A DNA stretch of 20,000 nucleotides from an uncultured virus (IMG/VR IMGVR_UViG_3300035654_000005) (IMGVR_UViG_3300035654_000005); one strand, 5' to 3'. Counted from the stretch's first letter, positions 1-9,190 are shown. A program made the numbers and translations. The notes: generated by a model from the letters alone, not told the origin.

Positions 1-664
1 TGCGGTGTTCCCCACCTTTGTCGGGAATCCAGTAATTAAGCCATTTGTCATTCTTTGATTTGCCTCCTCTGTGCAGATAGTACACAAAAAAGATGTTATT
101 ATTTATATTGCAAAATAGCATAGGCAACATGAAGAAGTAGAACGTATATTGCACAGAAAAATACAATCCTATGCTCAATATTGTTAATAATATCCTGTAG
201 TAATAAGTATCTACGAACTGTGCTAATTTATCATCAACGTAAACCTTCGATTGATCAATATTAAACTGATCATATTGGTACATAGTTAGTGGATATAATC
301 CAAATATCAAATAGAACTTATTGAAGAATTTTGGACTATGAGGATCTTTTTCCGAATCTACGAATCTGTGGTGGATCGTGTGATACTTAGCGAAGAAGCT
401 TGGACGACCAATATTGGATATTAGCATCGAAATGCATACTAGGACCTTATACATTCCACTAGGTTTGATGATATGATGACTGATCCACATATGCAAACCC
501 ACGTATAGTCCCAACCGTTCGACGATTTTAAATATCAACACTGATACAACAATCAGCAGTGGGTCATGATACCATACCAATAGGAACAAACACAAAGTTA
601 AACTACACATAATAGCTACGTGTAGTGTTGCATACCACTTGTCTTTGAATTGGATATCAGACAT
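1..664 (-). CDS. Membrane fatty acid desaturase-like protein (delta-9/OLE1-like family), paralogue 2; 3' end truncated by window edge
   Basis: Not in the ORF track. Manual translation from ATG 664 stays open to position 1: MSDIQFKDKW...GLHMWISH...KYHTIHHRFVDSEKDPHSPK...YLHRGG...GGEHR. It has His boxes HxxxxH and HxxHH, the D-PHSP motif and hydrophobic segments. It starts 2 nt after the stop of the upstream desaturase. Confidence 0.85.
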   Translation of the reverse strand, partial: MSDIQFKDKWYATLHVAIMCSLTLCLFLLVWYHDPLLIVVSVLIFKIVERLGLYVGLHMWISHHIIKPSGMYKVLVCISMLISNIGRPSFFAKYHTIHHRFVDSEKDPHSPKFFNKFYLIFGLYPLTMYQYDQFNIDQSKVYVDDKLAQFVDTYYYRILLTILSIGLYFSVQYTFYFFMLPMLFCNINNNIFFVYYLHRGGKSKNDKWLNYWIPDKGGEHR

Positions 665-666
665 TA

Positions 667-1428
667 TTAACGTTTTCTGATCAGATTGATGAACCACTTA
701 TTAGCATCCCATTCAAACCACTTCTCAGCGTTTGAGATTGCTCCTGGATTGTTGTGGTGATTATTGTGGTAAGCTTCACCGTGAAACAATAAGCCTGACC
801 ACAAGTTATTGTGGCTGTCGTCGCCAGTTACGTGATTTGTATAATTGAAAGGGCTTTTCTTGTGATACGGATACACGCTGAAGAACACCCCGATTAATGT
901 ATATAACACACCTACAAAATACACTGCCAACACTTGCCACGAGATACACAACATAACTAACATGGATAATACAGCAACCTCCAGATAATACTTGTGTAGT
1001 ATTCTCAGGGTTTTATCTCGAATTAAATCTTTGCTGTTTAGCATAGCTGAATCACAGGATGATAGATCTACGGTTAAGAAGAATAATTTAAAAGCTGAAT
1101 ACTTGGCTGGACTATGTGGATCATCAGCATCATCGGAATGTTGATGATGGGTACGATGCATGCTTGCCCATGAAATTGTACTACCTACTAAAATCAAGTT
1201 GCCTATGAAACACCAGAATATGTGAGCCAGTTTGCTAAGATTGAATGTTCGGTGAGTTATGTACCGATGAACGATAATGCTGCCAGCAGTCCAGTGCAAC
1301 ATCCACCCAAATATACAACCGTACGCGATTAGATCATAACGTTGTTGAGTTATTAAAAATACTAGAGTGGCTATTATTATAGCGTATATAAGTTTAAGTG
1401 CAGTTAGTGTAAAGCTAGTAGGGAACAT
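667..1428 (-). CDS. Membrane fatty acid desaturase (delta-9 acyl-CoA/acyl-lipid type), paralogue 1
   Basis: Three His boxes HRYITH, HRTHH and HNNHH, plus SDDADDPHSP, GEAYHNNHH and the C-terminal WFEWD motif. Likely start is ATG 1428 (MFPTSF), 2 nt after the upstream stop; the ORF track extends it to 1485. Confidence 0.92.
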   Translation of the reverse strand: MFPTSFTLTALKLIYAIIIATLVFLITQQRYDLIAYGCIFGWMLHWTAGSIIVHRYITHRTFNLSKLAHIFWCFIGNLILVGSTISWASMHRTHHQHSDDADDPHSPAKYSAFKLFFLTVDLSSCDSAMLNSKDLIRDKTLRILHKYYLEVAVLSMLVMLCISWQVLAVYFVGVLYTLIGVFFSVYPYHKKSPFNYTNHVTGDDSHNNLWSGLLFHGEAYHNNHHNNPGAISNAEKWFEWDANKWFINLIRKR

Positions 1429-1430
1429 AG

Positions 1431-1958
1431 TTATGCCTTTGGATTCAATCTTAGTCTGGTTGACGTTACTAATGCGGCTATACAATTTTCCGGCACAATG
1501 ACGTCTACCGCTGTTCTAATTTTAGTGAATTGTAGTGTAGATAGCATCTTTTCGCCGATGTGCACTTTACCTGATACGCATATCAACGTGGTATCGAATT
1601 CAGTCTCACCCACGTGGTGGGAACCAGTATTCAGGATAGACACACAAATGCTGGATTCAGAAGGAAGAGGGTTGAAATTGAGCACAGCTGCATGCTCTGC
1701 CTGTGTAGTGATAGTGACGTATGTGTGGAGTAGGTCAGATGAATCTACCAAATCACCTTGCTTAGCTGTCATCTCCAACACAACATCAGTGCCTTGTGGA
1801 TCCTTGGTATACACTCGATGCGCTTCACCGCTTACAACGTAGCTCCACTGAGCAAAATGCCCTTCGTCTCTAAGATGTAGCTGCAATGTTTCGTATGGGC
1901 TAGAAAAAGCCGCACAATACACAAACGATCCCGCATTTATACTATTGTTTAATATCAT
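1431..1958 (-). CDS. Hypothetical protein, probable (bi)cupin / HutD-pirin-like beta-barrel
   Basis: Two cupin-like strand motifs, QWSYVVSGEAH and LICVSGKVHIG. ATG 1958 is preferred over GTG 1976, which abuts the CATAAATA box. Confidence 0.5.
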   Translation of the reverse strand: MILNNSINAGSFVYCAAFSSPYETLQLHLRDEGHFAQWSYVVSGEAHRVYTKDPQGTDVVLEMTAKQGDLVDSSDLLHTYVTITTQAEHAAVLNFNPLPSESSICVSILNTGSHHVGETEFDTTLICVSGKVHIGEKMLSTLQFTKIRTAVDVIVPENCIAALVTSTRLRLNPKA

Positions 1959-1977
1959 TGAGGTGCCCCAAAACACA

Positions 1978-1985
1978 TATTTATG
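1978..1985 (-). promoter_or_regulatory. T4-late-like promoter (CATAAATA) for the cupin/desaturase operon
   Basis: 7/8 match to TATAAATA, 19 nt upstream of ATG 1958. The same core recurs before six other genes. Confidence 0.55.
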
Positions 1986-2037
1986 TACTGATATCGACGA
2001 GTAATCTAAGATTTGAAATATATGAATATGTTAGATG

Positions 2038-2045
2038 CATAAATA
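2038..2045 (+). promoter_or_regulatory. T4-late-like promoter (CATAAATA)
   Basis: 34 nt upstream of ATG 2080. It lies in the loop of a short inverted repeat (TTAGAT 2031-2036 / ATCTAA 2050-2055). Confidence 0.6.
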
Positions 2046-2079
2046 CTATATCTAATACCACCGTGGATGACATAATAAA

Positions 2080-2784
2080 ATGCCAAGAACCATCATCAAA
2101 GACGCCGGAACATGGCGCACAGCTGTAAAAATCTATTATAAGAACGCGGGCGTTCAACGCGACGTCCGTCGCATATACAAAAAATACTTAGGTACATGGC
2201 AACTTGTGTTTGGAACTACTGCTGGATCGATTTCCTATTTAACACCAGGTACGTATACCTTTACTGCACCTCCTGGAGTAACACAAGTGACTGCTGTTAT
2301 ATGTGGTGGGTCGGGAGCGGGTGGTGGTACAACAGTCACTTCAGTATCCACCGTCTGTGGTGGTCAAGTTTCTACTGGCGGCGGAACTACCGCACGGAGT
2401 GGTGGAGGTGGAGGCGCAAATACACGAACAGTTACAAACTTTCCTGTAGTTCCTGGTACAAACTATACGATTGTAGTAGGTGCTCGAGGCGCATACGCAC
2501 CTGGTGCAAATGGAACCGCAGGTGGCAACTCATCAGCGTTTGGTACGACAGCGAGTGGTAGCGGTGGTGGCACCAGAGCTACGTCACAAAGCAATGGTGT
2601 TGCAGGTGGCAAAGGCGGTGACAACGTGACCACCACTGTATCTAACGGAGCAGGTGGAGCAGGTACACATGGTGGTAATAATGGTACTGTACCAAATGGT
2701 GGTACTTCCACTAACGGTGGGAATAACGGTGGGAATGCACTTGCGAATGGATTGCCTGGATTCGTTGTTATTAATTGGAGCTAA
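2080..2784 (+). CDS. Glycine-rich tail-fibre tip / adhesin-like protein
   Basis: Has the motifs TPGTYTFTAPPGVT...ICGGSGAGGG, VVPGTNYTIVVGARG, GGNSSAFG and C-terminal G.PGFVVINW, typical of phage Gly-rich domains. N-terminal K..G.W repeats. Confidence 0.75.
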   Translation: MPRTIIKDAGTWRTAVKIYYKNAGVQRDVRRIYKKYLGTWQLVFGTTAGSISYLTPGTYTFTAPPGVTQVTAVICGGSGAGGGTTVTSVSTVCGGQVSTGGGTTARSGGGGGANTRTVTNFPVVPGTNYTIVVGARGAYAPGANGTAGGNSSAFGTTASGSGGGTRATSQSNGVAGGKGGDNVTTTVSNGAGGAGTHGGNNGTVPNGGTSTNGGNNGGNALANGLPGFVVINWS

Positions 2785-2785
2785 T

Positions 2786-3091
2786 ATGATATACACATAC
2801 GATTGGGTAATAGAGAGTGTAGATATGGCTCAGAAGCACATAGTTGTAACATATACCATGGCAGAATGTCCAATTACTCTCAATATACCAACACCAGTTT
2901 CTGGTGCAGATATTCCCAACTACGTAAAGCAATTTGCTCCATTGGGTGAATGGTTGAGAATGTTTTCTCCTGTTCCACCCGAGCTTCACCAGATGGTCGG
3001 TATAATGGGAACAGAAACGGTAGAATATCCACCTAAACCTGAGATCCCTCACGGAATTAACTATCTGACACAAGCAGAAGTAAGCATATAA
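2786..3091 (+). CDS. Small hypothetical protein, possible tail-fibre assembly chaperone
   Basis: ATG 2786 lies 1 nt after the previous stop (MIYTYDWVIESVD..., 101 aa). The ORF-track start at 2654 overlaps the upstream gene. Function is inferred only from position. Confidence 0.55.
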   Translation: MIYTYDWVIESVDMAQKHIVVTYTMAECPITLNIPTPVSGADIPNYVKQFAPLGEWLRMFSPVPPELHQMVGIMGTETVEYPPKPEIPHGINYLTQAEVSI

Positions 3092-3094
3092 ATA
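3087..3094 (+). promoter_or_regulatory. T4-type late promoter TATAAATA
   Basis: Perfect consensus overlapping the stop of the previous gene, 24 nt upstream of ATG 3119. SD-like AAGGA follows. Confidence 0.7.
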
Positions 3095-3118
3095 ATAGTC
3101 TTAACCCAAGGATAACAA

Positions 3119-5164
3119 ATGGCAATTTTTCGCTTCACAGACCCAGATAAAGCCCCTATAATTGTAGGTGATTTAACTACAAACGGACCAGCTCTACCTA
3201 GTGCAAATCTTCCACTGCATGCTTTAGCTGTATCTGCAAATACTTCGTTGATTTTAGTGGGTAAGGGAGTTAAAGAGTACGGTGAATTGATCCAAGACGG
3301 TATATTAAGTCTGCTTGAAAACTTTGCCAACGGCACAGAACCTGCATACCCAGTAGAAGGTCAACTTTGGTATAATAACAACGATGGTGTTCTGAATCTA
3401 CGTGTGTCATCTGCATGGCAGCAAGTTGCACTCAACGGTAACTTTACAATCCCGTTCGACCTAGACGGTCAACGCATCACTAACCTAGCACTCCCTACGC
3501 AAGTATCAGATGCGGCAACCAAAGGATTTGTTGATGATAATTTCTTAAATCTTGCTGGTGGTGTGATGTCTGGTGCTATTACATTAACTCTGTCTCCAAT
3601 AGCAAATACTGACGCTACCAACAAACAGTATGTTGATTCTAGTATTATCACAGCAATCGGTTCAAGTGGAGCAGGTTCAAACGCATATACAGACGCTCAG
3701 GTAGCACTTAAAGTGTCAAAAGCTGGAGACACTATTACTGGTCCAATCGTAATCGACACGACTAGTTTGAATTTACAAACAAGTGCACTTAACATAATCA
3801 ATAGCTCTCTAGTAGCTTCCGGATCATCTGTTATTGATTTTGGATTAGTGCGTGTAACCAATGTCGGAACTCCTACCAATCCAAGCGATGCTGCAACAAA
3901 AGCATTTGTTGATGCCCGCGCTGACGCAGGTACAGTTCAAGATTCGACATTCGATTCATCGACAGGAATATTGACACTTCAACACATAGATGGTTCAGTG
4001 GTAGAGTTGGATAATACTCCACTAGCTCCATACTTCCATCAACACATTCTGTCTGATGTACTGCTTCCACTAGTTGCAAAAAATAAATCATATATTGACG
4101 ATGGATACGTATTATCAAACTTTCAGATTCCGTCTTTTATATCGTTAGATACGGGATGGTACGTCTTAGATGCAGCTATTCAAAAGTTAACACAAAAGAA
4201 CGATCGTTACTTGGTAGCAGGCAATGGCACTACAACAATTACTCTACCATTTGTATATCCAGTATCACTCGATAAATTGTCTGTGTATGAGGATGGTATA
4301 AAACTATATCGAAATAGCAGAGGTCGCGCTGTGATTAATACTGCTACGTCTATCAGCGGCGTAGACAACACTCCGTTATCCAACAGTACATATTATTACA
4401 ACGCTACTATTGATGGTGTATTGTACGCCGATCAAGCAGTTAACCTAACAAATGCCAATACTTCTGTCCCTAAATATTATGAATTAATTCGTGCGTTGGC
4501 ATCATCATTTACAGATAGTGGATATGCATTAGTTACGCTATCATCACCCATCACTGGCTCATCACCTACTGGGCTGATACCAGGTAATACATACGGTGCC
4601 AGCCTCGTGATTGATGGCACCTCTTATACTGTATCCATATTAGGTAGCACTGCCCAAACGTATGATGATCTAAATTACCAACTATCATCACAAACGGGTT
4701 TAGCATTAGCGCCTAGTACATCAGGGTCTACGTTAAGGTTAACTGCCCGTTCCCGTGGGGTAGAATCATCCGTCACATCTGTCGTAGACGCAGTTGGTAT
4801 TTCGCCGTATCCATTATTCGCTAGTCTTACCAACTACGTTTCTGTTGGTTCGTACACACCGGGCGTAACGAGAGCAGTTGTAACCTTCGACAATGGATAT
4901 ATTAATGTACTATCACCAGGAGTCGGTGCAACTTCCGATGTTGTATTTACTGACCCTTCAACAGGAACAAGTTTACTAACAGCGTTATCAGCCACCTCAT
5001 CACATACAGTGGGAACGAGCATATATGCATATAACGAAACCGGCATTCCGCTTAGATATAGCAATACTGTGACCTTCAGTACTAATACGAATGTTGGTAA
5101 AATGTATGAGTTTACTGTTCAATCATTCGGTTTGAGAACAGATACGTTGGGCAACATAGTTTAA
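3119..5164 (+). CDS. Virion structural protein, tail fibre / baseplate-attached fibre (681 aa)
   Basis: N-terminal attachment motif SLILVGKG..YG...LLENFANGTEPAYPVEGQLWY. Three P....DA.(T/N)K.(F/Y)VD trimer-neck repeats, KVSKAGDTITG fibre motif and a Ser/Thr-rich beta C-terminus. Confidence 0.8.
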   Translation: MAIFRFTDPDKAPIIVGDLTTNGPALPSANLPLHALAVSANTSLILVGKGVKEYGELIQDGILSLLENFANGTEPAYPVEGQLWYNNNDGVLNLRVSSAWQQVALNGNFTIPFDLDGQRITNLALPTQVSDAATKGFVDDNFLNLAGGVMSGAITLTLSPIANTDATNKQYVDSSIITAIGSSGAGSNAYTDAQVALKVSKAGDTITGPIVIDTTSLNLQTSALNIINSSLVASGSSVIDFGLVRVTNVGTPTNPSDAATKAFVDARADAGTVQDSTFDSSTGILTLQHIDGSVVELDNTPLAPYFHQHILSDVLLPLVAKNKSYIDDGYVLSNFQIPSFISLDTGWYVLDAAIQKLTQKNDRYLVAGNGTTTITLPFVYPVSLDKLSVYEDGIKLYRNSRGRAVINTATSISGVDNTPLSNSTYYYNATIDGVLYADQAVNLTNANTSVPKYYELIRALASSFTDSGYALVTLSSPITGSSPTGLIPGNTYGASLVIDGTSYTVSILGSTAQTYDDLNYQLSSQTGLALAPSTSGSTLRLTARSRGVESSVTSVVDAVGISPYPLFASLTNYVSVGSYTPGVTRAVVTFDNGYINVLSPGVGATSDVVFTDPSTGTSLLTALSATSSHTVGTSIYAYNETGIPLRYSNTVTFSTNTNVGKMYEFTVQSFGLRTDTLGNIV

Positions 5165-5201
5165 CTTAGAAATAGTGACTTGATTGGTCGAGTACCAGTT
5201 A

Positions 5202-5209
5202 GATAAATA
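5202..5209 (+). promoter_or_regulatory. T4-late-like promoter (GATAAATA)
   Basis: 7/8 match in the intergenic region upstream of the 1102-aa fibre gene; SD AAAGGA downstream. Confidence 0.55.
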
Positions 5210-5263
5210 TGAAATACACGTTGAGTCACACAGACAATACGATACAAAGGACACCTTTAGAAT

Positions 5264-8200
5264 ATGAGCGGCAATTACACTTTCCAGTTGAGCAACGGAT
5301 CAACTCTTATCGATTTGCAACCGTTGGAGCAAAATGGTACGGATAACCTTTCAACACCACGTGCATTGTTGGACGTTAACATTGATGTCAGCACAGGACA
5401 AGTATCGTTTGCGTTTAAAGACGACCTAACCGCCCGTTTTGTAGCTGGATTGTCGTTTGACATCGTCGGAAATGCAGCGTACGCTGGAACATATACTGTA
5501 GCAGCGAGTGGATCAGTAACTACAACAATTGGTTCAGAACTGTACACGATTGTTCCTGTAGATGAGTCGTTACCACTAGACACGTTTCAAGTTACGCGTG
5601 CAAACAGCACACTAAACGCATTCTACGTTCAAACTCCAACAGAGTGTTCATTTGTTCCGACCACTATTATTTCACTATCCAACAATACGTTTGCTGGAGC
5701 AAATGGTGATTACACGATTACTGCCGTGGAGTCAAGTACACCTCGAGCAATCACAGCAATTAATGTTGTAGGTAATACGTTCTCGATTGCTGGTAATTAC
5801 ACAAAGTTCTTTCCAACAGGCGTTCAAGCTACCGTTACTTCAAACACAACAACGGGTAATGGCGTATACACCATCGTATCAGCGACGTTTGTATCAGGTT
5901 CTACTGTTATTGCAGTTTCAGAAGACGTTGACAGCTTAGCAACCGCAAGTGGACTAATTATAGCTAATCCGGCATTAACTATAATCACAGTTAGTGAACC
6001 TATTCCAGTTGGCGTTGCAGACAATGGCACATTAACAACTGCTCCACAACAAGCCTTCTCATTAACTGCACAAACACCTGTAGTAACTCCAGTGTTGGGT
6101 GGGTTCTTTGACGTTACGTTCTTTACACCTGGTAATCTAGTTGATATATTTTTACCATACACTATAACAGGATGTAACATCCTAGTTAAAAACAACAACG
6201 TACTTAAATTTAACAACGTCCCTGTTCGGAATGTGGTATACAACATTGGTACATCTAGAACCGCAATCACCGTACGTTATGCATCACAAACAACTCCAAT
6301 AGTAACTAGTTCGGGCGTTGTTATAGTACGTCCATTAACGCCTGTATACGGATATGTTCAGTATTCAGTACCAGAAATTGATTCATCTCTACGCTTAGTT
6401 GGTAAAGGTTCTGTGAACTATAATGCTACCACGACGTGGGGTCATGCATTGCAGAACAACATGATCAACATGCTTGAGAATTTCTCAAATACAACGGCTC
6501 CAGTATCTCCACTAATCGGTCAATTTTGGCACGATACAGACACTCCTCAATTACGATTTAGAGATAGTGACTTAATATGGCAAGGTGTGGTAACTACACA
6601 AATTCCAGTATCTGACTATGTTCAGATGAATAACCAATATTTGTATGAACCAAATATCGTATATCGTTCAGGCGCATCTGGCATTGAGTTCCAAAACGGA
6701 AGTGGTGGTAATATCGTTTTTGGAGTATCAGCAAATGGTGGTATTTTAATAAATGGTGGATCTGAACTGTATTTCAACCCAAATTCGTCTGGTGGTGTAA
6801 CATTCGCCCCATCTAGTACTGGTGGCATTACAATCAACGGCTCAGGTGACATCTTACTTTCAAACTCAGCTAGTACAGTTACACTATCTGGTGGTGATCT
6901 ATTCTTAGGATCTACGTCGGATATTCGCTTTACTGGTTCTGGTGTTATTGATATGAACACCAATCGTATCAACAACCTTGGATTACCTGCTGCTGGTACA
7001 GATGCTGCAAACAAGGCGTATGTTGATGGATTAGCAAGTGGTATTATTTGGTTAACTCCAGTATTGGATCCAACGTTATACGACGACTCACTAACAACCC
7101 CACCTATTGTGAACGGTACAGTACCAACGACAGCTCCACAACTATCAGTGGCTTACCACAAAACATACATCGTACCTACTGGAGCAACGGGCGATTGGGC
7201 AACATTGATTGGTCGTGCTGTTCAATACGTGTTCGACGATGTTACGTCTAGCTGGAAGTGGGTAGATATTTTAAACAGAGATGTTCAAGTCAACGACCGC
7301 TTTATTGTATTTGGAGCACCAGATCAAGGTGATGATTTATCTATTGCAGGCAACTTAGCTCAAGGTGGTTTAACAGGACAGACTGGTAAAATTGCAGTTG
7401 TAACAGGAGTTGCACCGGTAAGCTACGCATTCAGTACACCAGCTGAACCATATGCTATTTCTGTAACAGGCGTAAGTCCAGGCTCACCATCCCCATCACC
7501 AACGCTAAATCATTCATCGTACTTGGGATATTCGTTTACATTCCGTGGCGTTCATGGAACTGGTACATACGGTGCTAACTATCAATGGATTCAATTTAAC
7601 GGTCCTCAATCACTAATCGATGGTGCTGGTTTGCGCTACGTTGGTAACATATTGAACATCGGACAAAATACTGGTATAATTGTAAACACCAATGATATTG
7701 CATTAGATGAAGGTTATACTAACTCAGTATACTTGAGACTGGATGGTACTAACACTGCCATTAACGTACACACTACGGGTCAATTTAGATCAACTCTAGC
7801 TACAGGTTCTCCACCATTGGTAGTTGCTTCATCGACTAATGTACCTAACTTAAATGCATCTAGCTTGAATGGTGCAACTTTTGCATCACCAGGCCCGATT
7901 GGATCAACTACGCCAAGCACTGGCGCGTTCACTTCACTAGATGCTGGTACGATTAACACTGGTACTTGGAATGGTTCAGTTATCTCAGGTCAATATGGTG
8001 GTACTGGTGTTAACAATACTGGTAAAACAATCACTCTAGGCGGTAACTTAACCACGTCGGGAGCATTTGATACAACTATAACAGTCACAGGTACTACAGC
8101 AGTTACGTTGCCATTAAGCGGCACTTTAGTGAGCGATGTCGATACAATTACGTTGACGAATAAAACATTAGTTTTACCAGTCGTCAATACGTTGGTTGAA

Positions 8201-8572
8201 GTTAATACTATATCAGCTATTGGATTAACAGGTACAGTGAATGTTGATTTGTCAACTTCCGGAGAATTGTATTATAATACGGATTCTGTTGCTAACTGGA
8301 CATTTAACTTCCGTGGAAACGCTGGAACGTCATTGGATAGTATGTTGGCTGTCGGTCAAAGCATTACCACTGAAATCATGGTACAGAATGGCGTCACACC
8401 ATTCTACGCATCTGCACACCAAATCGACGGCACACCAATAACGCCTAAGTTTGCTGGTGGTACTGCATTCGTAGCTGGTAATGCTAATGCCATCGACCAG
8501 TATACATACAAGATCACTAAAACTGCGGCTGCAACATTCGTTGTGTTAGCAAGTTTAACATTCTTTCAATAA
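5264..8572 (+). CDS. Long tail-fibre-like structural protein (1102 aa)
   Basis: Contains SLRLVGKG...MLENFSNTTAPVSPLIGQFW (paralogous to the previous gene's N-terminus), RINNLGLPAAGTDAANKAYVD, TGSPPLVVASSTNVPNLNA, GTWNGSVISGQYGGTG and a C-terminal beta domain (ANWTFNFRG...GNANAIDQYTYKITKTA). Confidence 0.85.
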   Translation: MSGNYTFQLSNGSTLIDLQPLEQNGTDNLSTPRALLDVNIDVSTGQVSFAFKDDLTARFVAGLSFDIVGNAAYAGTYTVAASGSVTTTIGSELYTIVPVDESLPLDTFQVTRANSTLNAFYVQTPTECSFVPTTIISLSNNTFAGANGDYTITAVESSTPRAITAINVVGNTFSIAGNYTKFFPTGVQATVTSNTTTGNGVYTIVSATFVSGSTVIAVSEDVDSLATASGLIIANPALTIITVSEPIPVGVADNGTLTTAPQQAFSLTAQTPVVTPVLGGFFDVTFFTPGNLVDIFLPYTITGCNILVKNNNVLKFNNVPVRNVVYNIGTSRTAITVRYASQTTPIVTSSGVVIVRPLTPVYGYVQYSVPEIDSSLRLVGKGSVNYNATTTWGHALQNNMINMLENFSNTTAPVSPLIGQFWHDTDTPQLRFRDSDLIWQGVVTTQIPVSDYVQMNNQYLYEPNIVYRSGASGIEFQNGSGGNIVFGVSANGGILINGGSELYFNPNSSGGVTFAPSSTGGITINGSGDILLSNSASTVTLSGGDLFLGSTSDIRFTGSGVIDMNTNRINNLGLPAAGTDAANKAYVDGLASGIIWLTPVLDPTLYDDSLTTPPIVNGTVPTTAPQLSVAYHKTYIVPTGATGDWATLIGRAVQYVFDDVTSSWKWVDILNRDVQVNDRFIVFGAPDQGDDLSIAGNLAQGGLTGQTGKIAVVTGVAPVSYAFSTPAEPYAISVTGVSPGSPSPSPTLNHSSYLGYSFTFRGVHGTGTYGANYQWIQFNGPQSLIDGAGLRYVGNILNIGQNTGIIVNTNDIALDEGYTNSVYLRLDGTNTAINVHTTGQFRSTLATGSPPLVVASSTNVPNLNASSLNGATFASPGPIGSTTPSTGAFTSLDAGTINTGTWNGSVISGQYGGTGVNNTGKTITLGGNLTTSGAFDTTITVTGTTAVTLPLSGTLVSDVDTITLTNKTLVLPVVNTLVEVNTISAIGLTGTVNVDLSTSGELYYNTDSVANWTFNFRGNAGTSLDSMLAVGQSITTEIMVQNGVTPFYASAHQIDGTPITPKFAGGTAFVAGNANAIDQYTYKITKTAAATFVVLASLTFFQ

Positions 8573-8575
8573 TAT

Positions 8576-8605
8576 TTGACATTTATATCAGGCATCGTGT
8601 ATAGT
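8576..8605 (+). promoter_or_regulatory. Sigma70-like promoter TTGACA-N18-TATAGT, probably giving a leaderless transcript
   Basis: Perfect -35 at 8576-8581 and -10 at 8600-8605. ATG 8612 is only 6 nt downstream and there is no SD. Confidence 0.65.
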
Positions 8606-8611
8606 TAACAC

Positions 8612-9190
8612 ATGCCTGATATTGACCTAGACTTTCCTACTGATTTTCAACCAAACACCTTGTTTCCAAAGGCTGTTACTGCGTCTATGGTTAAGAACAA
8701 TAGATTATCTAAACATCCGTGTGGTGTTTACTTTCAAAACATGCCTGTAGATTACGAATCTAACCTTGCAGCAATTCCATACGATAAAGCTCCAGAATAT
8801 GGCTTCTTTAAGCTTGATTTTCTGCACCTATCCATACTCGATGATATCCAGAGTAAAAGTGAACTCCGTAAGTTGATAGCGACGGATCCACAGTGGGATA
8901 TATTGTGGAATCCAACCCATACTCACAAACTGTTTCAACTACACAGACAATTTGCTGTACTCGATACGGTGAGACCAACGTCGGTTATCGAGCTTGCTGA
9001 TTGCATTGCGTTGATTAGACCGAATAAGAAACATCTTATAACGGAATACTGCAACGATAAATATAAGACTAGACCAAAACTGTACCGTTCAGGCACAGAA
9101 GATAAGTCATCGTTTAAGCGCTCCCATGCTATTGCATACGCGCTGACAGTTGTCATACAACTGCATCTTATATCACAGGGAAAATTGTAA
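8612..9190 (+). CDS. Miniature DnaE-like (DNA polymerase III alpha, family C) catalytic-core protein, 192 aa
   Basis: DnaE motifs in collinear order: PDIDLDF, SKHPCGVY, GFFKLDFLHL, LFQL, PTSVIELADCIALIRP, SFKRSHAIAYA. Confidence 0.85.
   Translation: MPDIDLDFPTDFQPNTLFPKAVTASMVKNNRLSKHPCGVYFQNMPVDYESNLAAIPYDKAPEYGFFKLDFLHLSILDDIQSKSELRKLIATDPQWDILWNPTHTHKLFQLHRQFAVLDTVRPTSVIELADCIALIRPNKKHLITEYCNDKYKTRPKLYRSGTEDKSSFKRSHAIAYALTVVIQLHLISQGKL

Noticed and set aside
2654..2785. ORF-track N-terminal extension of the 2654-3091 ORF
   Set aside because: It overlaps the Gly-rich gene out of frame. ATG 2786 directly after the stop is the more plausible start.
5165..5263. Possible structured RNA in the intergenic region (GTGACTTGA...TTGAGTCAC pairing)
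   Set aside because: Only ~9 bp with two G-U pairs and a long loop, which is not distinguishable from chance without covariation data.
2463..8187. Many antisense ORFs (e.g. 2463-2711, 3061-3336, 5275-5583, 5824-6270, 6622-7014, 7990-8187)
   Set aside because: They are shadows of Gly/Thr/Ser-rich fibre genes with biased codon usage, and have no RBS or recognisable motifs.
8573..8611. Possible missing N-terminal dnaE exon, intron or intein before MPDIDLDF
   Set aside because: Only 39 nt separate it from the fibre gene stop, and these are filled by a promoter. No splice-element or intein motifs are visible.
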